A stretch of 64,000 nt of DNA. Source: Candidatus Eiseniibacteriota bacterium (GTDB lineage: Bacteria; Eisenbacteria; RBG-16-71-46; CAVPCR01). The DNA lies in NCBI GenBank assembly GCA_963702435.1, contig CAVPCR010000002.1, positions 96,001-160,000 of the forward strand, written 5' to 3'. A model generated the notes under the pieces. It saw only the letters and a program-made list of their open reading frames with translations. It was not told the origin of the DNA and ran no database searches. Positions 1 through 13,285 of the stretch are shown here, piece by piece. Each line of letters begins with the position of its first letter. Positions within the stretch are counted from its first letter, which is position 1. The translations under genes and the position numbers were made by a program.

Positions 1-2578
<2,578 letters not shown>

Positions 2579-2874
2579 GTGGACTCCTTGATCAGCCTGG
2601 ATCAAACCCGGGCCGGCCCCGCGGCCAGCTCGATCGCCGCGCCCTGCCGCAAGGGGCGGGCGCCATCCCGGAGAGCCTAAAACCGGGCCGGGCCCCGGCG
2701 TTCTTCCGGTTGCCCCGGGGAAAGGCTGCTCCCGGCCAGCATCACGCCAGCCAAACCTGTGAGGCTAGCAGAACTGGCCCGCCAGCCAACCGGGGAATTG
2801 ACGACCAGGTCAAGCCGCTGTCAATGAGACGCTTGGGCCGCCCGGTTCGCGCGGATTCGAGGCCGGCAGCCGGT

Positions 2875-5487
2875 CTAGCGGTGCTCTCCCGCATCCGCTT
2901 CAGGCCAGGTTGCGGCATAGAAGCCACCGTCCATCGAGCCGAAGAAGGCGGTCCGTCCGAGGACCGCAGGGCTCGAGTAGAGGCGACCCTTGGCCGGGAA
3001 TCCCCAGCGCTCGGCACCGGTCGCCGCATCGAGGACACGGAGCCGGCCGTCGTAGCTCGTGATCCAGGCCTGCCCGGCCTGATCCACCGCGGGCCGGCAC
3101 TTGACCGGTCCCCCGGTGCGCACGCGGTAGACCTCGCTCCCGTCCGCCGTGCGGAGGGCGAAGAGCGAACCCCCGTCGGTGCCGAGGAGGACCAAGTCTC
3201 CGGCGAGGACCGCGGCGCTCCCGCACGCGCTCTTGAGCCGGGCCGTCCACAGGCGATCCCCATCGGCGACGGAAAAGGCCGCGACCTCGCCGCCGGTCGT
3301 CCCCACGATGACGCGGTCGGCGGCGACGGCAGCCGTCGTCGAGATCGTGCTGCCGGCCGTCGCCTTCCAGATCACGTCCCCCTTCTCGAGATCGAGGCAG
3401 TAGAGGGCGCGATCGTGCGAGCCGACGTACACGCGATCGCCGGCGATCGCGGGCGAGGCCCAGACGACACCGCCGGTCTTCGCCTTCCAGGCGAGCGTTC
3501 CATCGCCCGCCTTGAGGGCATAGACGTGGTGATCGTGCGAGCCGATCACGACGAGATCGCGATCGGCCGCGTAGGCCGGCGACGAGACGACCTTGCCGTT
3601 CGTCTTGAATCGCCAGCGCTCGCCCCCGCTCGCGAGGTCGGCGGCGACCACATCGCCGCCGTACGTGCCGACGACCGCGAGCGGGCCGCAGGTCGCGGGC
3701 GAGGAGCCGATGCCGGCGCCGACCGCGAGCCGCCAGGCCTCGGCGCCGTCGTTCACGCCGAGGGCGTAGAGATTCCCGTCGCGCCCGCCGACGATCACGC
3801 GGTCCGCGGCGAGCAGCGGCGAGGAGGTGATGGCGTCCTTGAAGGTCCGGGTCCAGCTGGCGCCGGTGAAGGCCGCCGCGGGCGGGAGTCCGTCCTCCGC
3901 GCCGTCCTCGCTCCCCGCCGTGCGCACCGGCCTGGCGGCATCCTGGAGCCCGGTCACCCGCGGTCCTTCCGGGCCGCCTCCGGTCAGGAAGCGTCCGATG
4001 AGGATGAGGACGATGAGGACCGCGACGATGCCGAGCCCCACGAGCGACCAGGTGAACCAGCGGCGGAGGAGATAGCTCTCCTCATCCGGCTGCGCGGTCC
4101 CTCGCCGCCCGGCCATCTGCTGGCGGATGCGGCGGGTCGGGATGACGATGCCGTCCTGCTCGACGGCCGGCGGCAGTTCGGAGGAAGACGGCAAATCGTA
4201 CGCGGCGGGCGGCGTGGATCCGGGTGAAGCGTACGTTGTGCTCGGTCCGGGCGCCGCGATCGGGAGAGCGAACGGCTCGGGCTCCGCCATCGGAGAGGCG
4301 GATTCGGGCGCCGCCATCGGAGCGACCGCTTCCGGCTCTGCGAACGGATCGAACGGCTCGGGCGCCGCCATCGGAGCGACCGCTTCCGGCTCTGCGAACG
4401 AGAAGAGATCCTGCTCGCGCACAAGATCACGAGAGCGTGGAGACGTGACCTCGCCGTCCGGCCGGACCGTGTCCGGCGCCGGTTCGCCGCGCCAGCGATC
4501 GAGCCAGCTCCCCTTCTGCTCGGCCCGGTGGCGGCGGCCGGAGCGGATGAGGAAGGGGGCGGCCGCTTCCTCGCCGGTCTCCTCCGTCTCGCCGCCGGAG
4601 AGTCGGGCGGGCGGCGCGGCGTTGCTCGCGGCCGGGGGAAGAGCAGCGCTCGCGGGGGGGAGGGTACGGCTCGCGGCCGGCGCGGTGTCGAGCGCGGCGG
4701 GAACGATCGGTTCCCGATCCGGCGACGCGATGACCGGGGGCGGCGACGCGATGACCGGGGGCGGTGCACTCGCTTCGCGCATCGCCGGCGCTGAAGCCAC
4801 GGCCGGCGCCGTGGCCGCCGCAGCGACCGTCGCCGGTGTCGCCGCCGCAACCGGCACCTGGGCGCCGCGATTCATGCGTGCGGCAAGGACCGGTTCGTCG
4901 AGTGTCCCGAGCCCGGCGAGGAGATCGGCCGCCACATCGGACATGAGCGCTTCGCGCAGGCGGAAGATGCCGACCCGCGCCGCCGCCGAACGCGCCATGA
5001 CGCAGAGGACCGCTCCCGCGCCGAGCGTGAGGGAGGCGCGCCAGAGACCCGCACTGCTCTCCCGCTGGAGCGTGCCGATCTCCGGCACCGTGCGGAATCC
5101 GTCCGGGCCGAGTTCGAGGACCTCCCGGCCCTGTCGCACGGCCACGAGCGTCGTCGAGAGGGCGGCGACATCGAGCCGCGCCCCGTCCACGGCGAGAAAG
5201 GCCGCGACCAGATCCGGCTCCTTGAGGAATTCGCGATCGGCGGCGAAATCCTGGAGCGATGCGGCGAGAAGATCCCCCGCCCGCCGCCAGGCGGCACGGC
5301 CCTTGTAGCCGGTCCACAACTGCCGGTAGGCAGCGAGCGCGAGCGGCCAGCGCGCGCTCCGGCCGGTCGGATCCGCGGCGAGGATCGCCAGCGCCGTGCC
5401 GGCGCGGGCGCGATCCGACTCGCCGTGGATCAGGGAGCGGGTGTGCGTCGGAGTCCGGGTGGCAAAGTCGACGAGAGGGAGATTCAT
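2875..5487 (-). CDS. Membrane-anchored protein: uncharacterised N-terminal domain, Pro/Ala-rich linker, TM helix, C-terminal PQQ/BamB-like beta-propeller
   Basis: Repeated blades such as SSP...V.VGS.D..LYAL..G...W; hydrophobic segment LVGLGIVAVLIVLILIG; ATG at 5487 preceded by GAGGTG. Confidence 0.8.
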   Translation of the reverse strand: MNLPLVDFATRTPTHTRSLIHGESDRARAGTALAILAADPTGRSARWPLALAAYRQLWTGYKGRAAWRRAGDLLAASLQDFAADREFLKEPDLVAAFLAVDGARLDVAALSTTLVAVRQGREVLELGPDGFRTVPEIGTLQRESSAGLWRASLTLGAGAVLCVMARSAAARVGIFRLREALMSDVAADLLAGLGTLDEPVLAARMNRGAQVPVAAATPATVAAAATAPAVASAPAMREASAPPPVIASPPPVIASPDREPIVPAALDTAPAASRTLPPASAALPPAASNAAPPARLSGGETEETGEEAAAPFLIRSGRRHRAEQKGSWLDRWRGEPAPDTVRPDGEVTSPRSRDLVREQDLFSFAEPEAVAPMAAPEPFDPFAEPEAVAPMAAPESASPMAEPEPFALPIAAPGPSTTYASPGSTPPAAYDLPSSSELPPAVEQDGIVIPTRRIRQQMAGRRGTAQPDEESYLLRRWFTWSLVGLGIVAVLIVLILIGRFLTGGGPEGPRVTGLQDAARPVRTAGSEDGAEDGLPPAAAFTGASWTRTFKDAITSSPLLAADRVIVGGRDGNLYALGVNDGAEAWRLAVGAGIGSSPATCGPLAVVGTYGGDVVAADLASGGERWRFKTNGKVVSSPAYAADRDLVVIGSHDHHVYALKAGDGTLAWKAKTGGVVWASPAIAGDRVYVGSHDRALYCLDLEKGDVIWKATAGSTISTTAAVAADRVIVGTTGGEVAAFSVADGDRLWTARLKSACGSAAVLAGDLVLLGTDGGSLFALRTADGSEVYRVRTGGPVKCRPAVDQAGQAWITSYDGRLRVLDAATGAERWGFPAKGRLYSSPAVLGRTAFFGSMDGGFYAATWPEADAGEHR

Positions 5488-5831
5488 GCGTCGCACCTCG
5501 TGGCGGCGCCGCGGCCGTTCCTGGCGTGGAGCGCCGGGCGCAGGATCGAGCGGGACGAGGTGGTCGACCGAGGTCGAGACCGGGACCGGGACGGGGATGC
5601 GGCCACCCGCGGTGGGCGGCAGGCGGACGCGGGAGCGCACAGAACGCGCGAGCGCACGGGATGTCCTCGGTGACCACGCCATTCCCGCGAAGGCACTGGG
5701 CCGGGGCACCGCGGGGGAGATTCGCTGGCGCCGCGCGCGTCCGCAGGGGCCGCGCGAGCGTTGCCCGCACCATACCGCCCCGCCGCGCGCGACACAAGGG
5801 GCCGCCCACCTCGTCCGCGGTCCGCCCCCGG

Positions 5832-6085
5832 CAAACGCTGTCGGGTCTTGTGAACTCCTCGCCCCGGCCGGCCGCCCCCGCGGCAAACGCTGTCGGGTCT
5901 TGTGAACTCTCCTCCGCTGGGCCTCGCTGCTTCTGCGGCGGACGCCATCGCCCCACCCGGCGACGGCACCCTCCGCGTCAAACGCTGTCGGGTCTTGTGA
6001 ACTCTCCTCCGCTGGGCCTCGCTGCTTCCCCGGCGGACGCCATCGCCCCACCCGGCGACGGCACCCTCCGCGGCAAACGCTGTCG
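5832..6085. repeat. Direct-repeat cluster with core CAAACGCTGTCGGGTCTTGTGAACTC (3 full copies, 1 partial) and a duplicated 95-bp unit
   Basis: Core starts at about 5832, 5884, 5979 and 6074 (partial). Confidence 0.9.
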
Positions 6086-6353
6086 CCTTCGGTGCCTCCA
6101 AGTGAGCTCGCCCGAACGTCCGATGACGCATGCCCGATGCATGTATTGCACGATGCGTGCCGCGGCGTTGGATGAGACTGCCCTCAGCGAGGGCGTTTGC
6201 AGCACCCCCGAGGCCAACATCTCCCGGTCACCTGCACAAGGTGTGCACGCCGTTGTCACTTTCGACAACCTCGTTGCGAATAGCACCGCGCGCAGGGGTA
6301 GCCCGGGGGCGGGGACCTGGCGGTTGCCGCGGCCGGCACGGCTGCAGCCGTGA

Positions 6354-6564
6354 CTACGGCTCGCGCCCCGGCATCGCGCACTGCCCGAGGAGCCAGTCGC
6401 GGAACATTACGACGCGCTGGCTGTCGGCCTTGCGTTCGGGGTAGAACAGGTAATACGCGTACTCACTCGTGACCGGGCGGTCGATGGCGACGACAGCCGG
6501 CCGCCCGCGAGTTCCTCCGGATCAGGAACTGGGGCAGGAGCGCCAGGCCCACACCGGCAATGGC
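6354..6564 (-). pseudogene. Orphan 3' fragment of a LysR regulator; direct repeat of 19142-19356
   Basis: About 90% identical by eye to the lysR 3' end. Encodes ..IDRPVTSEYAYYLFYPERKADSQRV..FRDWLLGQC, and homology ends at the stop codon. Confidence 0.9.
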
Positions 6565-6656
6565 ACGATGTGGACCCTTACACAACGCCGGCCCTCGGGC
6601 TATCATCGTCCCGATCAATGCCATCGGGGTTCCGAACGGGCCACCGGGAGGAGTCG

Positions 6657-8037
6657 ATGACCACCCTGATCCGCGACCTCGTCGTCGTCCTTCCGGGCAT
6701 CCTCGGAAGCACGCTCGCGAAGAATGGCGAACTCGTCTGGGCCCCGTCAGCGGGCGCCGCCCTCGAAGCGGTCCGGACCTTCGGGCGTAGCCTCCGTTCT
6801 CTCTCCCTTCCCGCCAGCATCCAGGACGAGCACCCGAACGACGGAGTCGTTCCCGTCGGCCTCATGCCGGACCTCCACGTCCTCCCGGCATCTGGTCGAT
6901 CCAACTGGGATACGACCGACTGATGGCGCGCCTGCGCTCCATGTTCCACCTCATCGAGCCCTCGCCGACCGATCCCGATCCATCCCGAATCTCCTCGCGG
7001 TTCCATACGACTGACGACTCTCCAACCGCTACGACGGGCGGCGGCTCGAGTCGATCGTCGAGCCTGCGCTGGAACGATGGCGAGCCCAGCGGGGGATCTT
7101 CGCGGACGCGAAGCTCGTCTTCATCTGCCACTCGATGGGTGGACTCGTCGCCCGCTGGTACCTCGACCGAGAAGGTGGCGCGGAAGTAACACGGAAGCTC
7201 ATCACCATGGGCACGCCGCATCGTGGATCGCTCTTCGCGCTCGACAAGCTCGTCAACGGCGCCCGACGCGGTCTCGGACCCATCCAGATCGATCTCACCT
7301 CGTTCGGAAGGACGCTGCCCGGCCTCCATCAACTCCTTCCGGAGTACGCCTGTATCGAGACGCCGGACGGACTCGCGCACACCACCGAGGTGCGGCTTCC
7401 ACACCTGGACACGCTGATGGTCTGCGATGCCATGCGGTTCCACAAAGAGATGGACAAGGCCCGGTCCGCCGCCTACGACCTCCATCCGATCGTCGGATTC
7501 CGGCAGCCAACCCGGGCCACCGCTCGGATCGACGGCGATCGCGTTACCACGTACGAGACGATCCAGGACAACGACGAAGGCGGCGACGGGACCGTGCCCA
7601 CGTTCGCGGCCACGCCCAGGGGCCTCGCCACCGACGCCCCTTCGATCTTCCCGGTCGCCGACCGGCACGGTTCCCTGCAGCACAACGACGCCATCTGGGA
7701 CAAGCTCCGCTTCGTCCTCGAGGACCACGCCACGCCATACATGGCCGGGGGAACGACCGGGCTCTCCCTCCGGATCGACGAGATCTTCCTTGCGAGTGAG
7801 CCGATTCGCACAACGGTCGGCGCGGAGGGCGAGCGCGTCAAGCTGCGGGTCCGGGTCGTGGACGAAGCGGGCCGCGATGCCGCGGACAGGCTCTGCAACC
7901 CGGAAGAGACCGTGACCCTGGGCCCCTTCCCACCCGGGGCCTACGCGGTCTCGGTCAGCGGCGTGGCGTCCGCGGCCACGCGCATCGGACCGGTCACGAG
8001 CCCCATCCTCATCTGGAGCCCGGAGGATCTCGCCTGA
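6657..8037 (+). CDS. Alpha/beta-hydrolase (LCAT/PGAP1-like lipase/acyltransferase); indels plus an in-frame TGA at 7012-7014
   Basis: VVVLPGILGS, PYD(*)RLSN, CHSMGG nucleophile elbow, GTPHRGS, GDGTVP, DRHGSL; RBS GGAGGAG. Confidence 0.88.
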
Positions 8038-11000
8038 TGGCCGAACATCGGCCGCGCGTCTACTTCGGGGTCGGGATCAGCACGTACGAGTCCTTCGCGG
8101 ATCTACACGCCGCAGCCCCAAGGTCCGCGATCTCGCGGCCCATCTCGGTACGCGCGGGTACGTCGTCGCCGGGCCGATCACGGACCCGAAGCCGAGGAAG
8201 AAGCCCGTGCCGCGCTGAATGCTCACCTGGGTCGGGATGCGTTGCAGGCCGGCAGCTGCTTGATCGTCCTCTGGTCGGGACACGCCGACCGCCAGCCCGA
8301 GGGACTTCACCTCATCGCCAGGAACACGTCAAAGGGCGGGACGCGGGAACTGACCCCGGAGTACCTGGCTTCCCGGATCGCTCGCAGCGGCGCCACCCAG
8401 ATCCTCCTCCTGCTCGACACCTGCTACGCGGGGGAGGGAGTCCTCGAGGCGCAGCATGTCATCGCACAGATCAAGCTTGAGCGGTCCGATACTACCTGGT
8501 TCGGGGTCCTGGGATCGACGCTCGCGCTGGAACGCGCCAGGGACGGCGTCTTCGTGACGCGGCTCCGCGAGCTCCTCGAGCACGGCCCGAAGGATCCCGT
8601 CGAGGCTCGCCGCTGGAGCGTGCACAACGAGGGAGTGCGAGGCGACGACGTCATCAACGCCTTGATCGCGGACTGGTCAGAGACCGAGCACCGCCCACAG
8701 TTGAGCATCCAGGGAGACGGCCCGCCACTCGTCATGCTCCCCAACCCGTCCTTCGACGCCGACGCACCTGCCCAGGTCGTCGAGCACCTCCTCCTCGCGG
8801 CCGCGGGCCGAGCGCCGGACGAGGAAGGGATCTACTTCATCGGCCGCGAAGCGCAACTCGAAGAGATCGTCGCCTGGGCGAACCGCGGCCAGGCCGGCGT
8901 CTTCCTGCTCACAGGTCCCGCTGGGAGCGGGAAGTCTGCCATCGCTGGCCGGATCGCGAGCCTCTCCAATCCAAGACAACGCGCCGAGATCCTCGCCGCC
9001 GGGCCGCTCGCCCACGCCGACCCGGGCCCGAACTCGGTCACCGCCAACGTCCACCTGCGGGGGCTGACCGTCGATCAGGCGGCCGGAGAGCTCGATCGCC
9101 AACTGGTGGCGAGCGGAGCGATCCCGCGAGAGGCAGGGGGAGTCTCGAGGAATCGAGGCGATCTCGTGGCGGAGATCAGGCGGTCCACCCGTGCGCCGCT
9201 CATCGTCCTCGACGGACTCGACGAAGCAGGCTCGGAGGCCCGCCCGATCGCGCGAGATCTCGTCAGCCTCCTCGCGCCGACGGCCCGCGTCCTCGTCACC
9301 ACCCGCCCTCTCCGGCCCGAAGGATCCGAAGAGACGAACGCTGCGCAGATCACAGGTGCAAGCCAGACGATCGATCTCGGCACTCCAAAACTCGTCGACG
9401 AGACGAGTCGCGACGTGAAGGCATACGTGGCGAAGCGGCTCGAGGGCATCGATGCCGAGCGCATGGACCCGGCCAAGGCTCGCAGAAGCGATCGATCTGT
9501 CGACCGCCGATCAGGGTGAAGGAGCCTTCCGACTCCGCGTGCGTCGTAACGTCCCAGCTCCGGGACGAACCCATTGACACGTCGATCCCGGGATGGGAGA
9601 GCGCACTCAGCCGGAGCATCGAGGAGGTGTTCGAGAAGGACCTCGGTCGCTCCGACGATCCCGCCCGGGCGCACGCCCTCCTCTCCGCACTCGCCTGGGG
9701 GTACGGGTCTGGAGGTCTCCGACGACGTCTGGCAGGTGATCGCGAACGCCCTCGTACCCGAACCGACCTACCGGCGTGACGACGTCTACACCGTCCTCCG
9801 CGCCGCCGGGCGCTACATCATCGAGGACAGGATTCCGCGGTCGCGCGGTCTACCGGCTTTCCCATCAGAGGCTTGTCGATCACTTCCGGCATCACGGCGG
9901 CGCGGCTGACTTCGACGCGATGGAGCGCGCGGCCGCGGTGGCAGGCAGCCTCGTTGACCACTATCTCGCGCAGCTCGGAGCGGGAACGCCAGCGAGAGAA
10001 CACGACTACCTCTGGATCTACACCTGGCGTCACTGCTCGGACGGCGGCGAGGTCGGCATCGCTGAACTGCGGAAGCTCGTCGCGGAGGACGAAGGGGCCT
10101 TCCTCCCCGACCTCGCCATGGCCCTCAGCAATCTCGGCGCCTGCTTCAGCGAGCTCGGGCGGCGGCAGGAAGGCGCTCCAACCCACCCAGGAGGCCGTCT
10201 CCATCTACAGGGACCTCGCGCGCGACAACCCCGCCTTCCTCCCCGGTCTCGCCTCGGCCCTCAACAATCTCGGCGTCTGCTTCAGCGAGCTCGGGCGGCG
10301 GCAGGAAGGCGCTCCAACCCACCCAGGAGGCCCTCTCCATCTACAGGGACCTCGCGTGCGACAACCCCGCCTTCCTCCCCGACCTAGCCGCGGCCCTCAG
10401 CAATCTCGGCGTCCGCTTCCGCGAGCTCGGGCGGCGGCAGGAGCACTGCAACCCACCCAGGAGGCCGTCTCCATCCGCCGGGACCTCGCGCGCGACAACC
10501 CCGCCTTCCTCCCCGGCCTCGCTTCGGCCCTCAACAATCTCGGCGTCCGCTTCAGCGAGCTCGGGCGGCGGCAGGAGGCGCTCCAACCCACCCAGGAGGC
10601 CGTCTCCATCTACGGGGACCTCGCGCGCGACAACCCCGCCTTCCTCCCCGGCCTCGCTTCGGCCCTCAACAATCTCGGCGTCCGCTTCAGCGAGCTCGGG
10701 CGGCGGCAGGAGGCGCTCCAACCCACCCAGGAGGCCGTCTCCATCTACGGGGACCTCGCGCGCGACAACCCCGCCTTCCTCCCCGGCCTCGCTTCGGCCT
10801 TCAACAATCTCGGCGGCTGCTTCAGCGAGCTCGGGCAGCGGCAGGAGGCGCTCGAACCGACCCAGGAGGCCGTCTCCATCTACAGGGACCTCGCGCGCGA
10901 CAACCCCGCCTTCCTCCCCGACCTAGCCGGCGCCCTCAGCAATCTCGGCGTCCGCTTCCGCGAGCTCGGGCGGCGGCAGGAGGCGCTCCAACCCACCCAG

Positions 11001-12470
11001 GAGGCCGTCTCCATCCGCCGGGACCTCGCGCGCGACAACCCCGCCTTCCTCCCCGACCTAGCCGGCGCCCTCAACAATCTCGGCGTCCGCTTCAGCGAGC
11101 TCGGGCGGCGGCAGGAGGCGCTCCAACCCACCTAGGAGGCCGTCTCCATCCGCCGGGACCTCGCGCGCGACAACCCCGCCTTCCTCCCCGGCCTCGCTTC
11201 GGCCCTCAACAATCTCGGCGTCCGCTTCAGCGAGCTCGGGCGGCGGCAGGAGGCGCTCCAACCCACCCAGGAGGCCGTCTCCATCTGCGGGGACCTCGCG
11301 CGCGACAACCCCGCCTTCCTCCCCGGCCTCGCCATGGCCCTCAGCAATCTCGGCGGCTGCTTCAGCGAGCTCGGGCGGCGGCAGGAGGCGCTCCAACCCA
11401 CCCAGGAGGCCGTCTCCATCTACAGGGACCTCGCGCGCGACAACCCCGCCTTCCTCCCCGACCTAGCCGGCGCCCTCAACAATCTCGGCGTCCGCTTCAG
11501 CGAGCTCGGGGCGGGGGCAGGAGGCGCTCCAACCCACCCAGGAGGCCGTCTCCATCCGCCGGGACCTCGCGCGCGACAACCCCGCCTTCCTCCCCGACCT
11601 CGCCATGGCCCTCAGCAATCTCGGCGGCTGCTTCCGCGAGCTCGGGCGGCGGCAGGAGGCGCTCCAACCCACCCAGGAGGCCGTCTCCATCTACAGGGAC
11701 CTCGCGCGCGACAACCCCGCCTTCCTCCCCGACCTCGCCATGGCCCTCAGCAATCTCGGCGCCTGCTTCAGCGAGCTCGGGCGGCGGCAGGAGGCGCTCC
11801 AACCCACCCAGGAGGCCGTCTCCATCTACAGGGACCTCGCGCGCGACAACCCCGCCTTCCTCCCCGGCCTCGCCATGGCCCTCAGCAATCTCGGCGGCTG
11901 CTTCAGCGAGCTCGGGCGGCGGCAGGAGGCGCTCCAACCCACCCAGGAGGCCCTCTCCATCTACAGGGACCTCGCGCGCGACAACCCCGCCTTCCTCCCC
12001 GACCTAGCCGGCGCCCTCAACAATCTCGGCGTCCGCTTCAGCGAGCTCGGGCGGGGGCAGGAGGCGCTCCAACCCACCCAGGAGGCCGTCTCCATCCGCC
12101 GGGACCTGCGCGCGACGACAACCCCGCCTTCCTCCCCGGCCTCGCTTCGGCCCTCAACAATCTCGGCGTCCGCTTCAGCGAGCTCGGGCGGCGGCAGGAG
12201 GCGCTCCAACCCACCCAGGAGGCCGTCTCCATCTACAGGGACCTCGCGCGCGACAACCCCGCCTTCCTATCGAATCTCGAGATGGCGACGAACAACCTGA
12301 CTCGGCTCTTAGCTCTCCAGGAGAACCCGGTCCCCCAAGGTATGCTCGGCCCGGGCGTGCACGAAGTGCCAGGGGATACGCAGGAGCGCTCCGCAGGTGC
12401 TCTATCGCGCACTCTGAATCGGCTTCGCAACGCGCTGACCAAACTGCTGACCAAACTGAGGTGCGAATAG
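8037..12470 (+). CDS. Caspase-like (peptidase C14) - STAND/NACHT-like NTPase - TPR array protein (NLR-like); indels plus an in-frame TAG at 11133-11135
   Basis: VLWSGHA and LLLDTCYAG (His/Cys dyad); Walker A GPAGSGKS; Walker B LIVLDGLDEA; winged-helix-like YRLSHQRL; 45-aa TPR units. The ATG overlaps the upstream TGA. Confidence 0.88.
10097..12268 (+). repeat. Coding tandem array of 16 x ~135-bp (45-aa) TPR units
   Basis: Consensus PAFLP(G/D)LA(S/M/G/A)AL(N/S)NLG(V/G/A)(R/C)F(S/R)ELGRRQEALQPTQEAVSI(Y/R)RDLARDN. Confidence 0.97.
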
Positions 12471-12662
12471 CGGCGGGCTCGTCCCATCCCGTCCAACTCG
12501 AGCCACCCTCGGTGCGCCGTGTGTTGGTCCGCCGAATCTCAACGCCCCACTCCGTAGTCTGAACCTGTTGTGAGAGTGAATCCTGGTCCTGCGCTGGGGA
12601 AGGGTCCCGGGAGGGGATTCCCGCGAGGCGCTGCATGGGTTGGGCTAGTTCTCACACGCAAC

Positions 12663-13133
12663 AACGTCGTCCCCGCCGCCATTTCCTCGATCCAGACCCA
12701 CGGCACGCTCACCAACTGGCACCCGCACCTCCATGTGTTGGTCGCCGACGGCGCCTTTCGATCCGACGGTACCTTGATGCCGCTCGGCGTCCAATCCCTG
12801 AGGTGCTCACCGAGGGCTTCTGCCGCGCCGTGCTCCGCGCCTTCGTCCGCCACCGACTGCTCAGCGACGACGTAGCAGCCTCCATGCTCGCCTGGCGGCA
12901 CTCCGGCTTCCAAGCCCACAACGCGGTGCGCTTGCCAGGCGATGATCGACGCGGAGCCCTGGAACTCGCCGGCGACTCGGCCCGATCGCCCCGCAGGCGG
13001 CCATCGACCCGCTCGGCTCCGCACAGGCCACGCCGACCGACTCGAGATCGAGAACGCCGTCGTCAGTGATCGGTGACAACGCAACGGGCGAGGTCTGCCT
13101 GCCTCGGAGTCGAGGCCTCTTGTCCTGCCGCCA
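12663..13133 (+). mobile_element. IS91-like (Y2/HUH) transposase remnant: central part plus downstream segment
   Basis: IQTHGTLTNWHPHLHVLVADG (HUH motif) and MLAWRHSGF..HN. 12982-13133 is an inverted copy of 18003-18149. Confidence 0.82.
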
Positions 13134-13285
13134 AGCGTGTAGTCCTGGCACAGAACTGACACAGGCGCTACCGTTGCCAATCAGCCGATCTGGCCAAAGC
13201 GCAGGACGTGCCGAGATAGGGGCAGGCTGATCTGTTGCGACTTCGCCGTCCGATTGCTGTGGGTCATTCTGACCGGTGCCTCAGT

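Noticed and set aside
5488..6051. N-terminal extension of the PQQ-propeller ORF
   Set aside because: It translates the non-coding repeat cluster; a better RBS-ATG lies at 5487.
5832..6085. CRISPR mini-array
   Set aside because: Intervening sequences are unequal (about 26 vs 69 bp), two are near-identical, and there are no cas genes in the window.
7012..7014. TGA recoded as Trp or Sec (alternative genetic code)
   Set aside because: TGA terminates many normal genes here (leuC, leuD, guaA); this is a single instance.
10097..12268. CRISPR array or DGR template/variable repeats
   Set aside because: The repeats are contiguous in-frame coding units without spacers, variation is not confined to adenines, and no reverse transcriptase is present.
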